From positions 9,967,756 through 10,031,755 of the forward strand of contig NC_068981.1 of NCBI RefSeq assembly GCF_001194135.2: 64,000 bases of DNA, read 5' to 3'. A program made the translations under genes and the position numbers. The notes beneath the pieces were generated by a model. The model was not told where the DNA came from and searched no databases. It saw nothing but the letters and a program-made list of their open reading frames with translations. How positions within the stretch are numbered: position 1 is the stretch's first letter; each line of letters opens with the position of its first letter. The stretch comes from Octopus bimaculoides. Lineage: Eukaryota. Below are positions 63,901-64,000 of the stretch, piece after piece.

Positions 63901-64000
63901 TCTTTTTATTATAGCCACACAGGGCTAAATACAGAAAATGGACAAATTACAAAGTAGAGCTTTTCTTGGGGGGGGGGGATAATTTCGATCAAAAGGGATC

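Overview
AT-rich animal scaffold with many N gaps and (TA)n/(CA)n/(GATA)n tracts. The SINE set and microsatellite style point to an octopod cephalopod (inferred). No complete protein-coding gene can be identified: every long ORF in the track is an N-run, a microsatellite or a decayed transposon. The window is mostly transposon-derived. It holds three tRNA-headed SINE families (A, B, C; resembling described octopus OR/OK-type SINEs, family names not verified) and LINE fragments (L2/CR1, RTE, L1/Tx1, Dong/R4, HERO). It also holds two or three Penelope-like fragments, mariner relics and several MITEs with readable TIRs and TSDs. A weak + strand gene 5' end is possible: Inr and exon near 4.5 kb, an AG|GTAAGT recursive-splice-like site at 9562/9563, and an ATG exon at 10716-10779. 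The most interesting signal is a ~65-nt RNA motif found twice (18316-18381 and 36920-36984, minus strand). One copy lies in the 3' UTR of a HERO-clade LINE. The copies share GAAAC and CTGATGA boxes, the same 15-nt spacing and compensatory base-pair changes, suggesting a conserved pseudoknotted RT-recognition element or ribozyme. Degenerate minimal hammerhead-like motifs also occur at the Penelope 3' end and in a TA-flanked solo repeat. Repeat boundaries are approximate unless a TSD or TIR is quoted.
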